The notes beneath the pieces were generated by a model that did not search any database, was not told the DNA's origin, and saw only the letters and a list, made by a program, of their open reading frames with translations. From a virus (taxonomy: Duplodnaviria; Caudoviricetes), in the IMG/VR virus record IMGVR_UViG_3300038828_000048, positions 1 to 64,000 of that record: a DNA stretch of 64,000 bases; one strand, 5' to 3'. A program made the translations under genes and the position numbers. Position 1 is the first letter of the stretch. Each line of letters begins with the position of its first letter. This document shows positions 48,513-59,035 of this stretch, piece by piece.

Positions 48513-51023
48513 ATGAGTATATTAAATCAAGAAGATTTATTACCTTTTTATAGAAAAAATTCTTATGAGGAGAAATTTGCAGATAATGCAAAATGGATCG
48601 AACTCTGTGTAGATTCTATAGATAAAAATATGGGATATTCCGATATAGCTTATCATACTAAGCTTGATGTAAACTATAGTATTATTAAAAATAAAAGTGG
48701 ATCTGTTGTTTATCAGGATTTAATAAAATCAAGACAAATTATAGATCCTAGTATTACAAATAAAAAACAACATCGAAAAAATTATGATATACTTTCTCCC
48801 ATATATAAATCGATGGTTGGTGAACAACAAAAGAGAGAGTTATTTGCTATTTGTAAAGATATATCTGGATATAATCAATCATTGTATAAAAAGAAAAAGT
48901 TAGATTTATATACGGGACATGTTAAATCTAATATACATGCTCCATTACAACAACAAGCTACACAAGAGATTCTTTTAAAACATCAAATTCAAGATCCCAA
49001 ACAACTAAAACCAGAAGAACAAGATCAGATATCTTTTGAGATAGAAGAATTAATGAAATTCAAAACTCCAAAAGATATTGATAAATTTATGACTGATGAT
49101 TATAAATCTCCTAGTGAAACCCAACTTCAAGAGATTTTAAACTGGGTTATATCCGAATTTAATATCAAATTTATTACAGATGAAGCATTTAAACATTTTA
49201 TTCCATCTGGTAGATCAATTTGTTATACTAATATAGAAAATTTTAAACCTGTTGTAAAGATTATAAACCCTCGTGGTTTTAGATATGTAGCAAAAGATAA
49301 TAGTTACTTTATATCTGAAGGTGAACAATGGATGAATGAAGAATTTATTACTTATGGAGAATTATTATCATCTATTCCTCATGATTCTAATATAGAAAAA
49401 GTTTTACAAGATAGTTTTTCATCTTTTGCGTATGGAGATAGAAGAGATCATCGAAGATATATAACTGGAGAGATGCCATCTAATATTCTTACAGGAATAG
49501 CAGATTATGATTCTCAGCATGATAACTATATTACTAGAAGTTTACCAAATAATTTAGCAACTAATGATGGTCAAGGTTATTTATCATATTTATATTCTAA
49601 ATTTGGTAATACATCATTATTTAATAATAAAATAAGAAAAGTAAATATTTGTTATACTGCATATTCAAAAGGATATCATGTACAGAGATATAATAAATCT
49701 TCTGATACAATGCAGTATTATTGGGTAGGAGAAAATTATGAAACAAACAAAGAGTTAGATGTTAATGTTACTGAATATTGGTTTCCAGAATATTATCAAG
49801 CAGATAAGATAGGATATGATAGTTCTTTGATATATAATAAAAAAAGAGTTGAGTTTCAAAATAGATCAGTTAATAATCCTTGGGATATTACTCCACCTTA
49901 CGATGGAATAGAATATGCAAGATTATTTAATAATACATCGCTAGTTGCTCCGTTAGATTATGGTAAAGCTTATCAAGAAGAATTTAATGATGTTAAAGAA
50001 AAGATTGAAGAATTAGATAAAACTAATATTGGTAGAATTTTTGCTTTACCAGAATCTTTTATTCCTACAGACTGGAGTTTGGAAAAATTTGTAGCATTTA
50101 TTAAAGAACATAAAATCGCTGTTATTAATGAGAATAATAGTAGTATAAACCCAGCAATTGCATCTCAAATCTTAAAATCAATTGATGCAACAAACAATAA
50201 TGATATTATTGGATATATTAATCGTTTATCATCTATACGATCAGAAGCGGAAATAGCAATGAGTTATAGTCCTAGTAGTTTAGGACAAGCTCCTGCTTCT
50301 ATAACAGCTACAACAAATCAACAAAATGTAATACAATCATCTTATAAAACAGAAGATATATTCTCATTACACAGCATGTTTATTAATAGATTACTAACTA
50401 ATGCTGTATTAATGGTGCGAAATGCATTAACTAAAAATGATGAATTAAAACAAGCATTACTTAGTATTCCTAGTTTAGCAGCATTAGATATAGATACAAA
50501 TCTTTTGATCGATTCTGTTCCTTTTATAGATATAATAAATAGAACAAATGAGGTTAAAGCGGTAAATGATGTTAAAGATCTATTACAACCAATGATTCAA
50601 AATCAGATTATCACTAAGATATCTGATGTAATGAAACTTCAATTTAAAAATAATCCTGCTGAAATGCTAAATGTAGCAGAAAATGCAGAAAGACAAATTG
50701 AACAACAAAGACAAGAAACGATAAAACTAGAACAAGAAAATCTTGAAAAAGATAGAAGATCTCGTGAAATGATGGATGATAAACGATTGGAATTTGAAAA
50801 ATATAAATTCGATAGAGAACAAGAAACTAAACGATATATATCCGATAATGATGCTGCTAAATTTGAACGTCAAATGGATGCAGATAATAACGACGTTCCT
50901 GATTCTGTACAAGTTGCGTTGATTAATAGAGATAAAGAATTAGAAAAAGAAAGAATACGATCGGGAGAAGTTGTTAATAAAGCAGCTAATGATGTAAAAA
51001 TAGCTAAGATTAATGCGGAGTGA
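48513..51023 (+). CDS. Portal protein
   Basis: 836 aa ORF after terL with C-terminal coiled coil and DADNNDVPD; crAss-like gene order. Confidence 0.85.
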   Translation: MSILNQEDLLPFYRKNSYEEKFADNAKWIELCVDSIDKNMGYSDIAYHTKLDVNYSIIKNKSGSVVYQDLIKSRQIIDPSITNKKQHRKNYDILSPIYKSMVGEQQKRELFAICKDISGYNQSLYKKKKLDLYTGHVKSNIHAPLQQQATQEILLKHQIQDPKQLKPEEQDQISFEIEELMKFKTPKDIDKFMTDDYKSPSETQLQEILNWVISEFNIKFITDEAFKHFIPSGRSICYTNIENFKPVVKIINPRGFRYVAKDNSYFISEGEQWMNEEFITYGELLSSIPHDSNIEKVLQDSFSSFAYGDRRDHRRYITGEMPSNILTGIADYDSQHDNYITRSLPNNLATNDGQGYLSYLYSKFGNTSLFNNKIRKVNICYTAYSKGYHVQRYNKSSDTMQYYWVGENYETNKELDVNVTEYWFPEYYQADKIGYDSSLIYNKKRVEFQNRSVNNPWDITPPYDGIEYARLFNNTSLVAPLDYGKAYQEEFNDVKEKIEELDKTNIGRIFALPESFIPTDWSLEKFVAFIKEHKIAVINENNSSINPAIASQILKSIDATNNNDIIGYINRLSSIRSEAEIAMSYSPSSLGQAPASITATTNQQNVIQSSYKTEDIFSLHSMFINRLLTNAVLMVRNALTKNDELKQALLSIPSLAALDIDTNLLIDSVPFIDIINRTNEVKAVNDVKDLLQPMIQNQIITKISDVMKLQFKNNPAEMLNVAENAERQIEQQRQETIKLEQENLEKDRRSREMMDDKRLEFEKYKFDREQETKRYISDNDAAKFERQMDADNNDVPDSVQVALINRDKELEKERIRSGEVVNKAANDVKIAKINAE

Positions 51024-51095
51024 AAAAATACATCATAATTAAAACACAAATCTAAAAAAAAAAATAACCATATATTATTATTATTATTAACCATT

Positions 51096-51103
51096 TAAAT
51101 TTG
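51096..51103 (+). promoter_or_regulatory. TAAATTTG promoter
   Basis: Ends 4 nt before the ATG at 51108. Confidence 0.5.
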
Positions 51104-51107
51104 CAAC

Positions 51108-52313
51108 ATGATTTCAGATAATCAATCAAATTATTTAGATATAGATGAGTCTATATTTACCGATGTAGTTCCAAGGGATCTATCAGATAGTGATTTTATT
51201 AAACCAAGTGATAATATCATTCCTGATTCTAATGTTACTCCTGGTATAACACCTATTGAATCTAAACCAGAAACACCTATACCAGCAGATAATAAACCTG
51301 CTCAGGATACTAGTAAACCAGTTGATCCTGCTAATCCCGAACCAAAAGATAAAGATCAGAACAAACCTGATGATTCATCGAATGATGATTTTTCAGATTA
51401 TTCTCAACCAGCATTATTTGCCCAACTTTTAGCTGAGAATAATTTAAACTTTTTTGGTGATGAAATACCAAAAGATTTAGATCCTATAGGTTTTGTAGAA
51501 AAGTTTTCTGAAGCATCTAATGCTTTTATATCAAATGTAATTAATAATAAATTACAGGAGATGGGTGCAATAGCAGATTATATTCAATTTAGATTAAATG
51601 GAGGATCTAACGAAGCAATAGATCCTATTTTGGAGATAGAGAGAGTTGCTAGTTTTAATATAGATGATCCAAATGTTACAGATGATGATCTTATAAGAGT
51701 AGTTTCATCCATGTATGAGAATCAAAATATACCAAAACACTTAATACCCAATTTGATCAAAGTTGATAAAGAAAACGGTGTTTTGGATGTAAGAGCTAAA
51801 GAATCCATTGATTTTCATAAAAAGTATAAGGATGATTTATTTACAAAAGCAAAAGATGATTATGATGTTAGTATTCGTGCAGAACAATATCAGAAAAAAC
51901 TTGAAGCAAATGCTTTTGCAAATAAATTAAAAGAAACAGAGAAGATTGGTACTATTGTGCTTACTGATGTTGATAGAGCAGAAATATTCGATTTTCATCA
52001 TAAACGTGATCAGTTAGTTAAGTACAAAGATGATGCTGGGAATATTGTATCTGATTATGTTACTAAGTATGAGTTGGATATGTATCAAGCAGTAAATGAT
52101 CCAGAAAAATTAATCAAGCTTACTTATTTTTTAAAACATGGATTTGATCTATCGTCGGATTCAAAAATAGTAAGCAATTTAAAAAAAGATGCTAATGCTT
52201 CGTTGCTTAGAGCAATTGAAGGAAATAGATCTAGAGTTGATAACACAAGTACATTAAAGAATAATGCTAATGCTTCTAGAGAGGAGTTTATAGCAGATAT
52301 TGATATTAGATAA
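51108..52313 (+). CDS. Putative scaffolding/structural protein
   Basis: Acidic Pro-rich N-terminus; between portal and major capsid protein. Confidence 0.7.
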   Translation: MISDNQSNYLDIDESIFTDVVPRDLSDSDFIKPSDNIIPDSNVTPGITPIESKPETPIPADNKPAQDTSKPVDPANPEPKDKDQNKPDDSSNDDFSDYSQPALFAQLLAENNLNFFGDEIPKDLDPIGFVEKFSEASNAFISNVINNKLQEMGAIADYIQFRLNGGSNEAIDPILEIERVASFNIDDPNVTDDDLIRVVSSMYENQNIPKHLIPNLIKVDKENGVLDVRAKESIDFHKKYKDDLFTKAKDDYDVSIRAEQYQKKLEANAFANKLKETEKIGTIVLTDVDRAEIFDFHHKRDQLVKYKDDAGNIVSDYVTKYELDMYQAVNDPEKLIKLTYFLKHGFDLSSDSKIVSNLKKDANASLLRAIEGNRSRVDNTSTLKNNANASREEFIADIDIR

Positions 52314-52341
52314 TAGACATTAATTAATTAAAAAAATTTAT

Positions 52342-53880
52342 ATGAGTATTAATTTGGTAGAACCTAGTGGATGGAAAATATCCAAAATTGCTGCAAACGA
52401 TTTTGTATATGCGAATTTTACAGACGAAAATGTATTATTCAAACATAATCCATCTTACACTCCTTGGGTTGATCTAACTAGAGGTAAAGCTCTAGAAACA
52501 ATTGCGAGTATATCCAAGAACATATACGGAAAATCATCTAGTATGTTGGATATGTTTAAAACTAATGGTACAACTATGTATTCTGATTCAGAATATATTA
52601 GGTGGTCATTAAAAGGTACTAACAACACTAAAGTGTATGCTTTAGAGAATTTACAACGTGATAATCCTACTCCATGTATCGGATTTTCTCCAATTGTTAT
52701 GAAATTCTCACATGGCTTGTGGGTTAGTTCGGATGTAATATATCCAGAAAATAATCCTAGTATTGAGTTTATGATTAATGAGGTTGTGAGTGATGGTACT
52801 GCTTATAATTATACTCTACAACTTAAAACGAGAAGTGAATATGATTATGTTGAGCAAGATGTATTAGAACCTAATATCGTTTGGTGTAAGCGTGGTGCAA
52901 ATCATTCAGAATCATCTGGAGAATATGGTAGTTCTCAAATCAAAGGTGGACCAAGTATTATTACTTTCCAAACTCAATTAGGATCTTATTCTAAATCACA
53001 TGAGATTACTGATAAAGCAGCTCATAACATCTTACGCATGAAAGCCAAAGATGCTCAGAATAATTTGATTCCTAATTTCCCTGATCAGTTTGTACATTTT
53101 GATGAAGCAGAGTTCCATCTCGAAGTAAAACATGAAAGAGCAGCTTCGTTATTCTGGGGTAGAGATGCAGGATATAATCTCATTGATCCTACAACAGGAT
53201 TCCATAGAAGAACATCTCCAGGTGCATTAGAATTTTATGAAGATGGTAATCTTTTAGAGTACGATGAAACGAATTTTACTGTAGATTTTCTTAGAGAACA
53301 ATTTAAGAGTTTCTTCTATGGTAGAGTATCACCAGAAAATGCGAGAATTAAAGTTAAAGCTGGTATTGAATTGTTATCTTTAGTTAATAAAGCATTAACC
53401 AAAGAATATGCAATGAAACCTACACAAAAACCTTATGCTGATTTTGTTAAAGATGGTAAATCGTTCCCTGGATCTAATCAACCTGGAAAACATTTAACAG
53501 ATCCTCAATTTATGGGATTTGATTTGTTCCCTTACGGTACTATTGAATTTGAACACTTCCCTATTCTTGATGATGTAGAAATGAATGGTGGTATGGTACA
53601 TCCACAAACTGGTCGTCCACTTACATCATATTGGGGATTTATTGATGATATAGGAATAGGTGTAGGTAACAATCTAAAGCATTATATACTTAAAGGATCA
53701 GAATATTTTAACTATATTTGTGGTACTTACTCTCCTGCTGGTGCAATTGATGTAAACAACTCTAAAGGTTTTGTTTGTACGCACGGTAAGAGAAGTTACA
53801 AAATGGTATATTCAGTTATTGAAGGGGTAATGATGACAGATACAAAAAGATCGTTGTTCTTACACCCATCTGTAAACTAA
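52342..53880 (+). CDS. Major capsid protein (crAss-like)
   Basis: 512 aa; YIRWSL, NYTLQL, IEFEHFPILDD; followed by a strong terminator; gene order. Confidence 0.85.
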   Translation: MSINLVEPSGWKISKIAANDFVYANFTDENVLFKHNPSYTPWVDLTRGKALETIASISKNIYGKSSSMLDMFKTNGTTMYSDSEYIRWSLKGTNNTKVYALENLQRDNPTPCIGFSPIVMKFSHGLWVSSDVIYPENNPSIEFMINEVVSDGTAYNYTLQLKTRSEYDYVEQDVLEPNIVWCKRGANHSESSGEYGSSQIKGGPSIITFQTQLGSYSKSHEITDKAAHNILRMKAKDAQNNLIPNFPDQFVHFDEAEFHLEVKHERAASLFWGRDAGYNLIDPTTGFHRRTSPGALEFYEDGNLLEYDETNFTVDFLREQFKSFFYGRVSPENARIKVKAGIELLSLVNKALTKEYAMKPTQKPYADFVKDGKSFPGSNQPGKHLTDPQFMGFDLFPYGTIEFEHFPILDDVEMNGGMVHPQTGRPLTSYWGFIDDIGIGVGNNLKHYILKGSEYFNYICGTYSPAGAIDVNNSKGFVCTHGKRSYKMVYSVIEGVMMTDTKRSLFLHPSVN

Positions 53881-53896
53881 AAAAAGTAGATTATAT

Positions 53897-53939
53897 GAGA
53901 TGATGTAGTTATAATAGATATCTACATCATCTCTTTTTT
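53897..53939 (+). terminator. Intrinsic terminator after the major capsid gene
   Basis: GAGATGATGTAG/CTACATCATCTC stem followed by T6. Confidence 0.8.
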
Positions 53940-53972
53940 ATTATTATTATTATTAAAAAATAAATATTTATT

Positions 53973-55253
53973 ATGAATCTTGAATTTAGACCAGGTTTAA
54001 CAACCTGTAAAACAGAAATCTTTAATAGTTCAACTATTATTAAACCAGCACCAAATTCATCTAAATTTTTTAGAATAGATAAAGGTAGTAAAATTGGTGA
54101 TGCTGTTGTTAACCAGTATGGTATTGATCAATTTGGTCAAGAAGTACTTTTAAACTCTGAACCTTATAAACAAGAGCGATTTGGAGATACTATACAATCT
54201 CACGGATTAGAATTTAATTACTCAAAGAATAAGTGGTTGATTATAGATCCAACAGATCCTATGAAAAAAAGAGTATTAGAATCCAATAGTGATATTATAA
54301 ATGAATTAGTTGAAAAGTGTCGTCTTATCAACCAAAGAATAGATCATCCTGATAGAGGTAAGTACATCACATCTGCTAATATATTTGATAGATATGATCC
54401 TTTTTTTACACACACAGAAGCAAGAATAAGTTTGAATGGTGGTAACGCATTTCTTAAAACAACTAATTCCGATTATCTAAATGTCGTAGTACTTTTGGGT
54501 TTATTAGCTCGAAAGAAATTTCAATTAGGTACTAATACAAAAACTGGTTTAAGTGGTACACAAGTAAAATATATTGTTATAGATACTCAGCTTGAAAGAA
54601 AAGAAAAGAGTGATAAAAGACGAAGGGATGAGCGAGTTAGAGAAACTTTTAGTGCTCTTGATAATGAAAGAAAATTAAAAATATTGATTGCACTAGGTAT
54701 AACAACTATTAATATTGATAATCCAGATTATGATTTAATAGATAATTTGTTATATGATTTCAGTAAAGATTTTGAAACTAAGTATCAAAATACTTTAATG
54801 ACAAGAGGAGAAGCTTATTTAGCAATGGTAGAAAGTCCACCAGATACAATAGAAGCACATTATGCTTTTTATTATGGTAAAAAGACAAATGTAATTACTA
54901 TTCTAAATAAATCATATAATGCTTTTGGTCAAAGATTGGGTGTAACTGTAAAAGAGTGTATTCAATTATTACTATCTCCAAGTAATAATTTACTACAAGA
55001 TATTTTAGCAGCAGCAGAATCTTATCAAAAAGATTTACTTGCCAATAGAGTTAAACCAGTATCTAATAGTAATAATAATACTGATACTATTACTCCTATT
55101 GTAAATAAAGCATCAAAAGTAACTAAACAATCTAAAGCAATTAGTGATACTACTGTTACAGAAGATGAATCTGATGATCAATCTAGTAACATAAGTGATC
55201 CTAATTCATTAGATGATATGACAATAACACCAGATAATTCATTATTAGATTAA
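53973..55253 (+). CDS. Conserved crAss-like capsid-block protein
   Basis: 426 aa ORF directly after the major capsid gene. Confidence 0.65.
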   Translation: MNLEFRPGLTTCKTEIFNSSTIIKPAPNSSKFFRIDKGSKIGDAVVNQYGIDQFGQEVLLNSEPYKQERFGDTIQSHGLEFNYSKNKWLIIDPTDPMKKRVLESNSDIINELVEKCRLINQRIDHPDRGKYITSANIFDRYDPFFTHTEARISLNGGNAFLKTTNSDYLNVVVLLGLLARKKFQLGTNTKTGLSGTQVKYIVIDTQLERKEKSDKRRRDERVRETFSALDNERKLKILIALGITTINIDNPDYDLIDNLLYDFSKDFETKYQNTLMTRGEAYLAMVESPPDTIEAHYAFYYGKKTNVITILNKSYNAFGQRLGVTVKECIQLLLSPSNNLLQDILAAAESYQKDLLANRVKPVSNSNNNTDTITPIVNKASKVTKQSKAISDTTVTEDESDDQSSNISDPNSLDDMTITPDNSLLD

Positions 55254-55265
55254 TATTAATAAATC

Positions 55266-55991
55266 ATGGTATCAGTACACACATTACATTATAATTTTGA
55301 GAGAGTATGTCATAGATTACATACAAGTATCGAAAAAGATGTATCTGCTGTAGATATCGATTCTTATTTAAATAAAGCTAAAAATATTTTATTAAACAGA
55401 TATGATCAGTTTATCCAAATAAATAGAGAGTTTTCTAAAATTTTAAAAGATATAGAAGTTCATGATAAAGAATTGAAATTATTTAAATCAAATTCAGAAT
55501 ACTCTCTTTATAAATTACCTGATAATTATTATAACTATCTGCGAGTTAATTTAGATGTTTTTACTGATAAATGTACTGATAGACAAGCTATTAGAACAAC
55601 AACTTATGTTACTCAAGATACTCTAAACGAAACTCTAAAAGATTCTTTTAGAAATCCATCTTGGTACTTTAGAAGATGTTTATATACCTTTGTTGACGAT
55701 AAGATAAAGATCTATCATAATTCTAAATATAAGATTGATAATGTTAAACTTTCTTATATAAGATGGATACCTGATGTAGCTGCTGCAAGTTTATCAATAA
55801 AAGGTAAATATCTTTTATCTGATCAAAAAACAGTCATAACAGAAGATATAGATTTAGATGTTTCTGAAAGAAGTATTTTTTGGGATAGAATGGTTGATAT
55901 AGCAGCATATTTGTTTAAAAAAGATGTAGATGATAATTATAAAGTTGATTTAGAATCATATCTTTTTAATCAAAATTTAGGTGTTAATTAA
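55266..55991 (+). CDS. Putative head-tail ring/connector protein
   Basis: DIDSYLNKA, LPDNY, LSYIRWIP and MVDIAA motifs; position. Confidence 0.65.
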   Translation: MVSVHTLHYNFERVCHRLHTSIEKDVSAVDIDSYLNKAKNILLNRYDQFIQINREFSKILKDIEVHDKELKLFKSNSEYSLYKLPDNYYNYLRVNLDVFTDKCTDRQAIRTTTYVTQDTLNETLKDSFRNPSWYFRRCLYTFVDDKIKIYHNSKYKIDNVKLSYIRWIPDVAAASLSIKGKYLLSDQKTVITEDIDLDVSERSIFWDRMVDIAAYLFKKDVDDNYKVDLESYLFNQNLGVN

Positions 55992-56021
55992 TTTGATTTT
56001 TTAATTTTTAAATAATTATAT

Positions 56022-57719
56022 ATGCCGAGCGATCGCAAAATAAGGGAGAATATACTTGTACCTACGGGTACGGTTGTTGCACCAAATAAATATCTATACT
56101 CTTTAGATGGAGAATTAGCATCTCTCAATGATTCTATTGGTTTGGGTGATATTGTATTCTATGATCCTAGAAATAATATGACAGTTGGACCAGGAGTAAC
56201 ACCAACCCAAGTACCTAAATTAGGTATAGCAGTAGCTTTGGATAAAGAGGGAAAAGGATATCCTACAGTACTTAGAAAAGTATTCGGTGATTCGTTGAAC
56301 TCTTTTGCTAGAGATACAATGAAACTTACAACCGAATCTACTTCTTTTGGTTGTAATCACATCATGGATTTTTATACAACTTGTACTTTTAAAGGTGAAA
56401 GTTATAGTATAGAAATTCATACCAGAGGAGCATCACAACTTACAGATAATAACTGGAATGATTGGAGAAAAGAAACTTTTACTGTAAATCTAAAAGATTA
56501 TGCTTGTGAAAGTTGTGAATTTGGTATAGATTGTAAAGCTGTAATGTGTGCATTAGCTCATAAAATTAATTCACATTTTACTAAACGTAATGTAAATAGG
56601 AGTGGTAAATTGCTCAAACGTATGTCAGCTAAAAATGCTGAATCTAGAGAATGGACAGCATATGCATTATTCGAGAATGATTGTATTTATACAATTACAA
56701 ATGCTTCTCCAAATACTTGTACTGATTGTACGCATATCACAGGAATTAACGGTATAACAATAGGTGCTAATCCACCTGTTATCTTTAATACAGCGAGTTT
56801 GATAGGCGGTGTTTCTCTAACATCTAAAGAGAAAAAAGAAAGAGTTCTTGCTTTGATTAATAAAGCATTTAGGGATGCTAAAGTTGAAGGTTCAGCAGTA
56901 TTGGATGAACAATTAGTTGGTTCAGGTGCTCCTTGTGCAGATTTCAAAATAAGAGTAAACTCATGTGTTACATTTGATCTTTTAGATGCGAATAATGCAC
57001 CATTACCAAAAGTTTGTTCTAATCCATTCCAAACTATAACAACCGATCCAGAATGTGTGGGATGTACTCCAGGATCTTCTTGGACACCAACATGTGGTTT
57101 AAGAGTAGTAGCACATCCAACTGAGATTATATGTGATTGTAATGAATTTGATAGAACATATTGGTTTCACAGAGAGATTAGAATAGCTGTTCCAGATAGT
57201 ATGAATAATTGGTCTAAGTTTGTAACCAAAACAATTCAGAAACCTTTAGCACCTAAAGGATTAGGTATTCAATGGCAAAAACGTATCATTGATATGTCAA
57301 ATGGTGGACCAGGATATGCTTACGATAATTTTGTAAACGATGTGGTTGGGTTGTATGGTGCGCAAAGAAAGAATACCGCTCTAAAAGCATCTACACAAGG
57401 TTTGGAATGTAGAGGAGAGTATTGTTCAATCAATATAGAACATGGTCTTAGATTTACTGAAACTGGTGTATCAGATCCATTATCAGAATCTAAAGGTAGA
57501 TCGATAATTTTGGTTAATAACAAACATACAGCTTTATATGCTGCTATTAAAGCAGTATTAGATCCTTGGTTGGGAGCATTAGGTTACAAACCTATTAATT
57601 GCGGAGCTGATGTTGATCAAATTGAACCAATTGATTATGAAACTGAAGTAGTTACCACAGATCCTAGTTATGATCCTAGTGCTGATGAAGGAGAATCTGG
57701 ATTAGGTACTATTGGATAA
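56022..57719 (+). CDS. Cys-rich structural protein (auxiliary capsid/tail)
   Basis: 565 aa ORF followed by a terminator; position in the block. Confidence 0.6.
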   Translation: MPSDRKIRENILVPTGTVVAPNKYLYSLDGELASLNDSIGLGDIVFYDPRNNMTVGPGVTPTQVPKLGIAVALDKEGKGYPTVLRKVFGDSLNSFARDTMKLTTESTSFGCNHIMDFYTTCTFKGESYSIEIHTRGASQLTDNNWNDWRKETFTVNLKDYACESCEFGIDCKAVMCALAHKINSHFTKRNVNRSGKLLKRMSAKNAESREWTAYALFENDCIYTITNASPNTCTDCTHITGINGITIGANPPVIFNTASLIGGVSLTSKEKKERVLALINKAFRDAKVEGSAVLDEQLVGSGAPCADFKIRVNSCVTFDLLDANNAPLPKVCSNPFQTITTDPECVGCTPGSSWTPTCGLRVVAHPTEIICDCNEFDRTYWFHREIRIAVPDSMNNWSKFVTKTIQKPLAPKGLGIQWQKRIIDMSNGGPGYAYDNFVNDVVGLYGAQRKNTALKASTQGLECRGEYCSINIEHGLRFTETGVSDPLSESKGRSIILVNNKHTALYAAIKAVLDPWLGALGYKPINCGADVDQIEPIDYETEVVTTDPSYDPSADEGESGLGTIG

Positions 57720-57729
57720 ATAATTTAAA

Positions 57730-57767
57730 AAAAGATAGCTCTTAAATAAAAATAAGAGCTATCTTTT
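57730..57767 (+). terminator. Intrinsic terminator, possibly bidirectional
   Basis: 15-bp stem AAAAGATAGCTCTTA/TAAGAGCTATCTTTT. Confidence 0.7.
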
Positions 57768-57790
57768 ATACCTTTTAAACTTAATTTGTT

Positions 57791-58006
57791 ATGAGTAAAC
57801 CAACCAATAAAGGGGAAGTATTTGTTCCAGGAGCATTTAAAATAGATAGAAAAGGAAATCCTGTCAATGTTCCTTCGATAATTGCGCAAGAACCAACTGA
57901 TTGTTGTGGTATTGATTGTTGTAAAAAGGTTATAAAATTTATAGATGATACTAATGTTCCAAGAGAGATATCTCTACAAGCTATCTATAATTTATTAAAT
58001 CCTTAA
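57791..58006 (+). CDS. Small Cys-rich protein
   Basis: DCCGIDCC. Confidence 0.65.
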   Translation: MSKPTNKGEVFVPGAFKIDRKGNPVNVPSIIAQEPTDCCGIDCCKKVIKFIDDTNVPREISLQAIYNLLNP

Positions 58007-58032
58007 TTTTAATAATTAATAAGTAATAAGTA

Positions 58033-58512
58033 ATGAGTAATTGTCTTTGTATAATCGATAATGAATTTAATTTCACTATATCATATAGAGACAATTACTT
58101 TATTTTTACTGATTATAGTAGCTGGGGAGAAATAAAAGATGTAAATGATAAGGTGTCAGTTACTATCAAACAAAACGAAATATCTAAAGAAATATTTATC
58201 TATCCAAATCAAGCTAATATTGTTAAATATGATAATTTAATTCCTGGTGAATGTGGATATGATGGGATATATCAATTTATTATAAAAACATGTAGTGATA
58301 CACAAATATTATGTGTTAACTATTATATTCTTAAAAATATCGAGTGTGCTTATAGAACACTTGTTTTGAAAGAAGATTGGGATAATGCTAAAATCTTACA
58401 ACAATATATAGAGCTTATAAAAGCTAATGCATATTTTAAAGATTTTGATAAAGCAAAGGAGTTTTACTCAATAGCAGTAAAATTTATAAAAAAATTAAAT
58501 TGTAATTGTTAA
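58033..58512 (+). CDS. Cys-rich structural protein
   Basis: DGIY motif; C-terminal CNC. Confidence 0.7.
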   Translation: MSNCLCIIDNEFNFTISYRDNYFIFTDYSSWGEIKDVNDKVSVTIKQNEISKEIFIYPNQANIVKYDNLIPGECGYDGIYQFIIKTCSDTQILCVNYYILKNIECAYRTLVLKEDWDNAKILQQYIELIKANAYFKDFDKAKEFYSIAVKFIKKLNCNC

Positions 58513-58514
58513 GT

Positions 58515-59021
58515 ATGATTAGTAATCCAAATAGATGTGGGTGTATTAGTACTGAGGTAATATCTCCTTGTGATCATCCGAATGATGAATGTTGTTTAAC
58601 AGTTTGTAATATATTAGCTGATAAAGAAACATATCCGTGTGGAGATAGTAGAGTATTGGATATAACTAAATTTATCAAAATACCATCATGTTGCGATAAT
58701 TCTTCAGTACAAATAACCATAAAGGAATCATCTAATAACTTAAAAGATGTAGTTGCATCTTATAATTATACGGCAAAATTATTTTCAGTATCATACACAT
58801 CAAATTATGATGATGGTAAAGATTATAAATCTGCTAAAATTGTATATCAAGTTAAATGTGGATTATTACGTTTAAATGCAACAATAATCATACCATTTAA
58901 ACAACATAATGAGAATCCAGATTGTCCTAGCGAACATTATAACCCTTGTACTGGTGATTGTATAGAAATACAAAACGAAGTATCCATTGGATCAAAAGGA
59001 AATGAAATAACCATATCATAA
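58515..59021 (+). CDS. Cys-rich structural protein
   Basis: ATG at 58515; many Cys residues. Confidence 0.7.
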   Translation: MISNPNRCGCISTEVISPCDHPNDECCLTVCNILADKETYPCGDSRVLDITKFIKIPSCCDNSSVQITIKESSNNLKDVVASYNYTAKLFSVSYTSNYDDGKDYKSAKIVYQVKCGLLRLNATIIIPFKQHNENPDCPSEHYNPCTGDCIEIQNEVSIGSKGNEITIS

Positions 59022-59035
59022 AATAAAAATAGATA

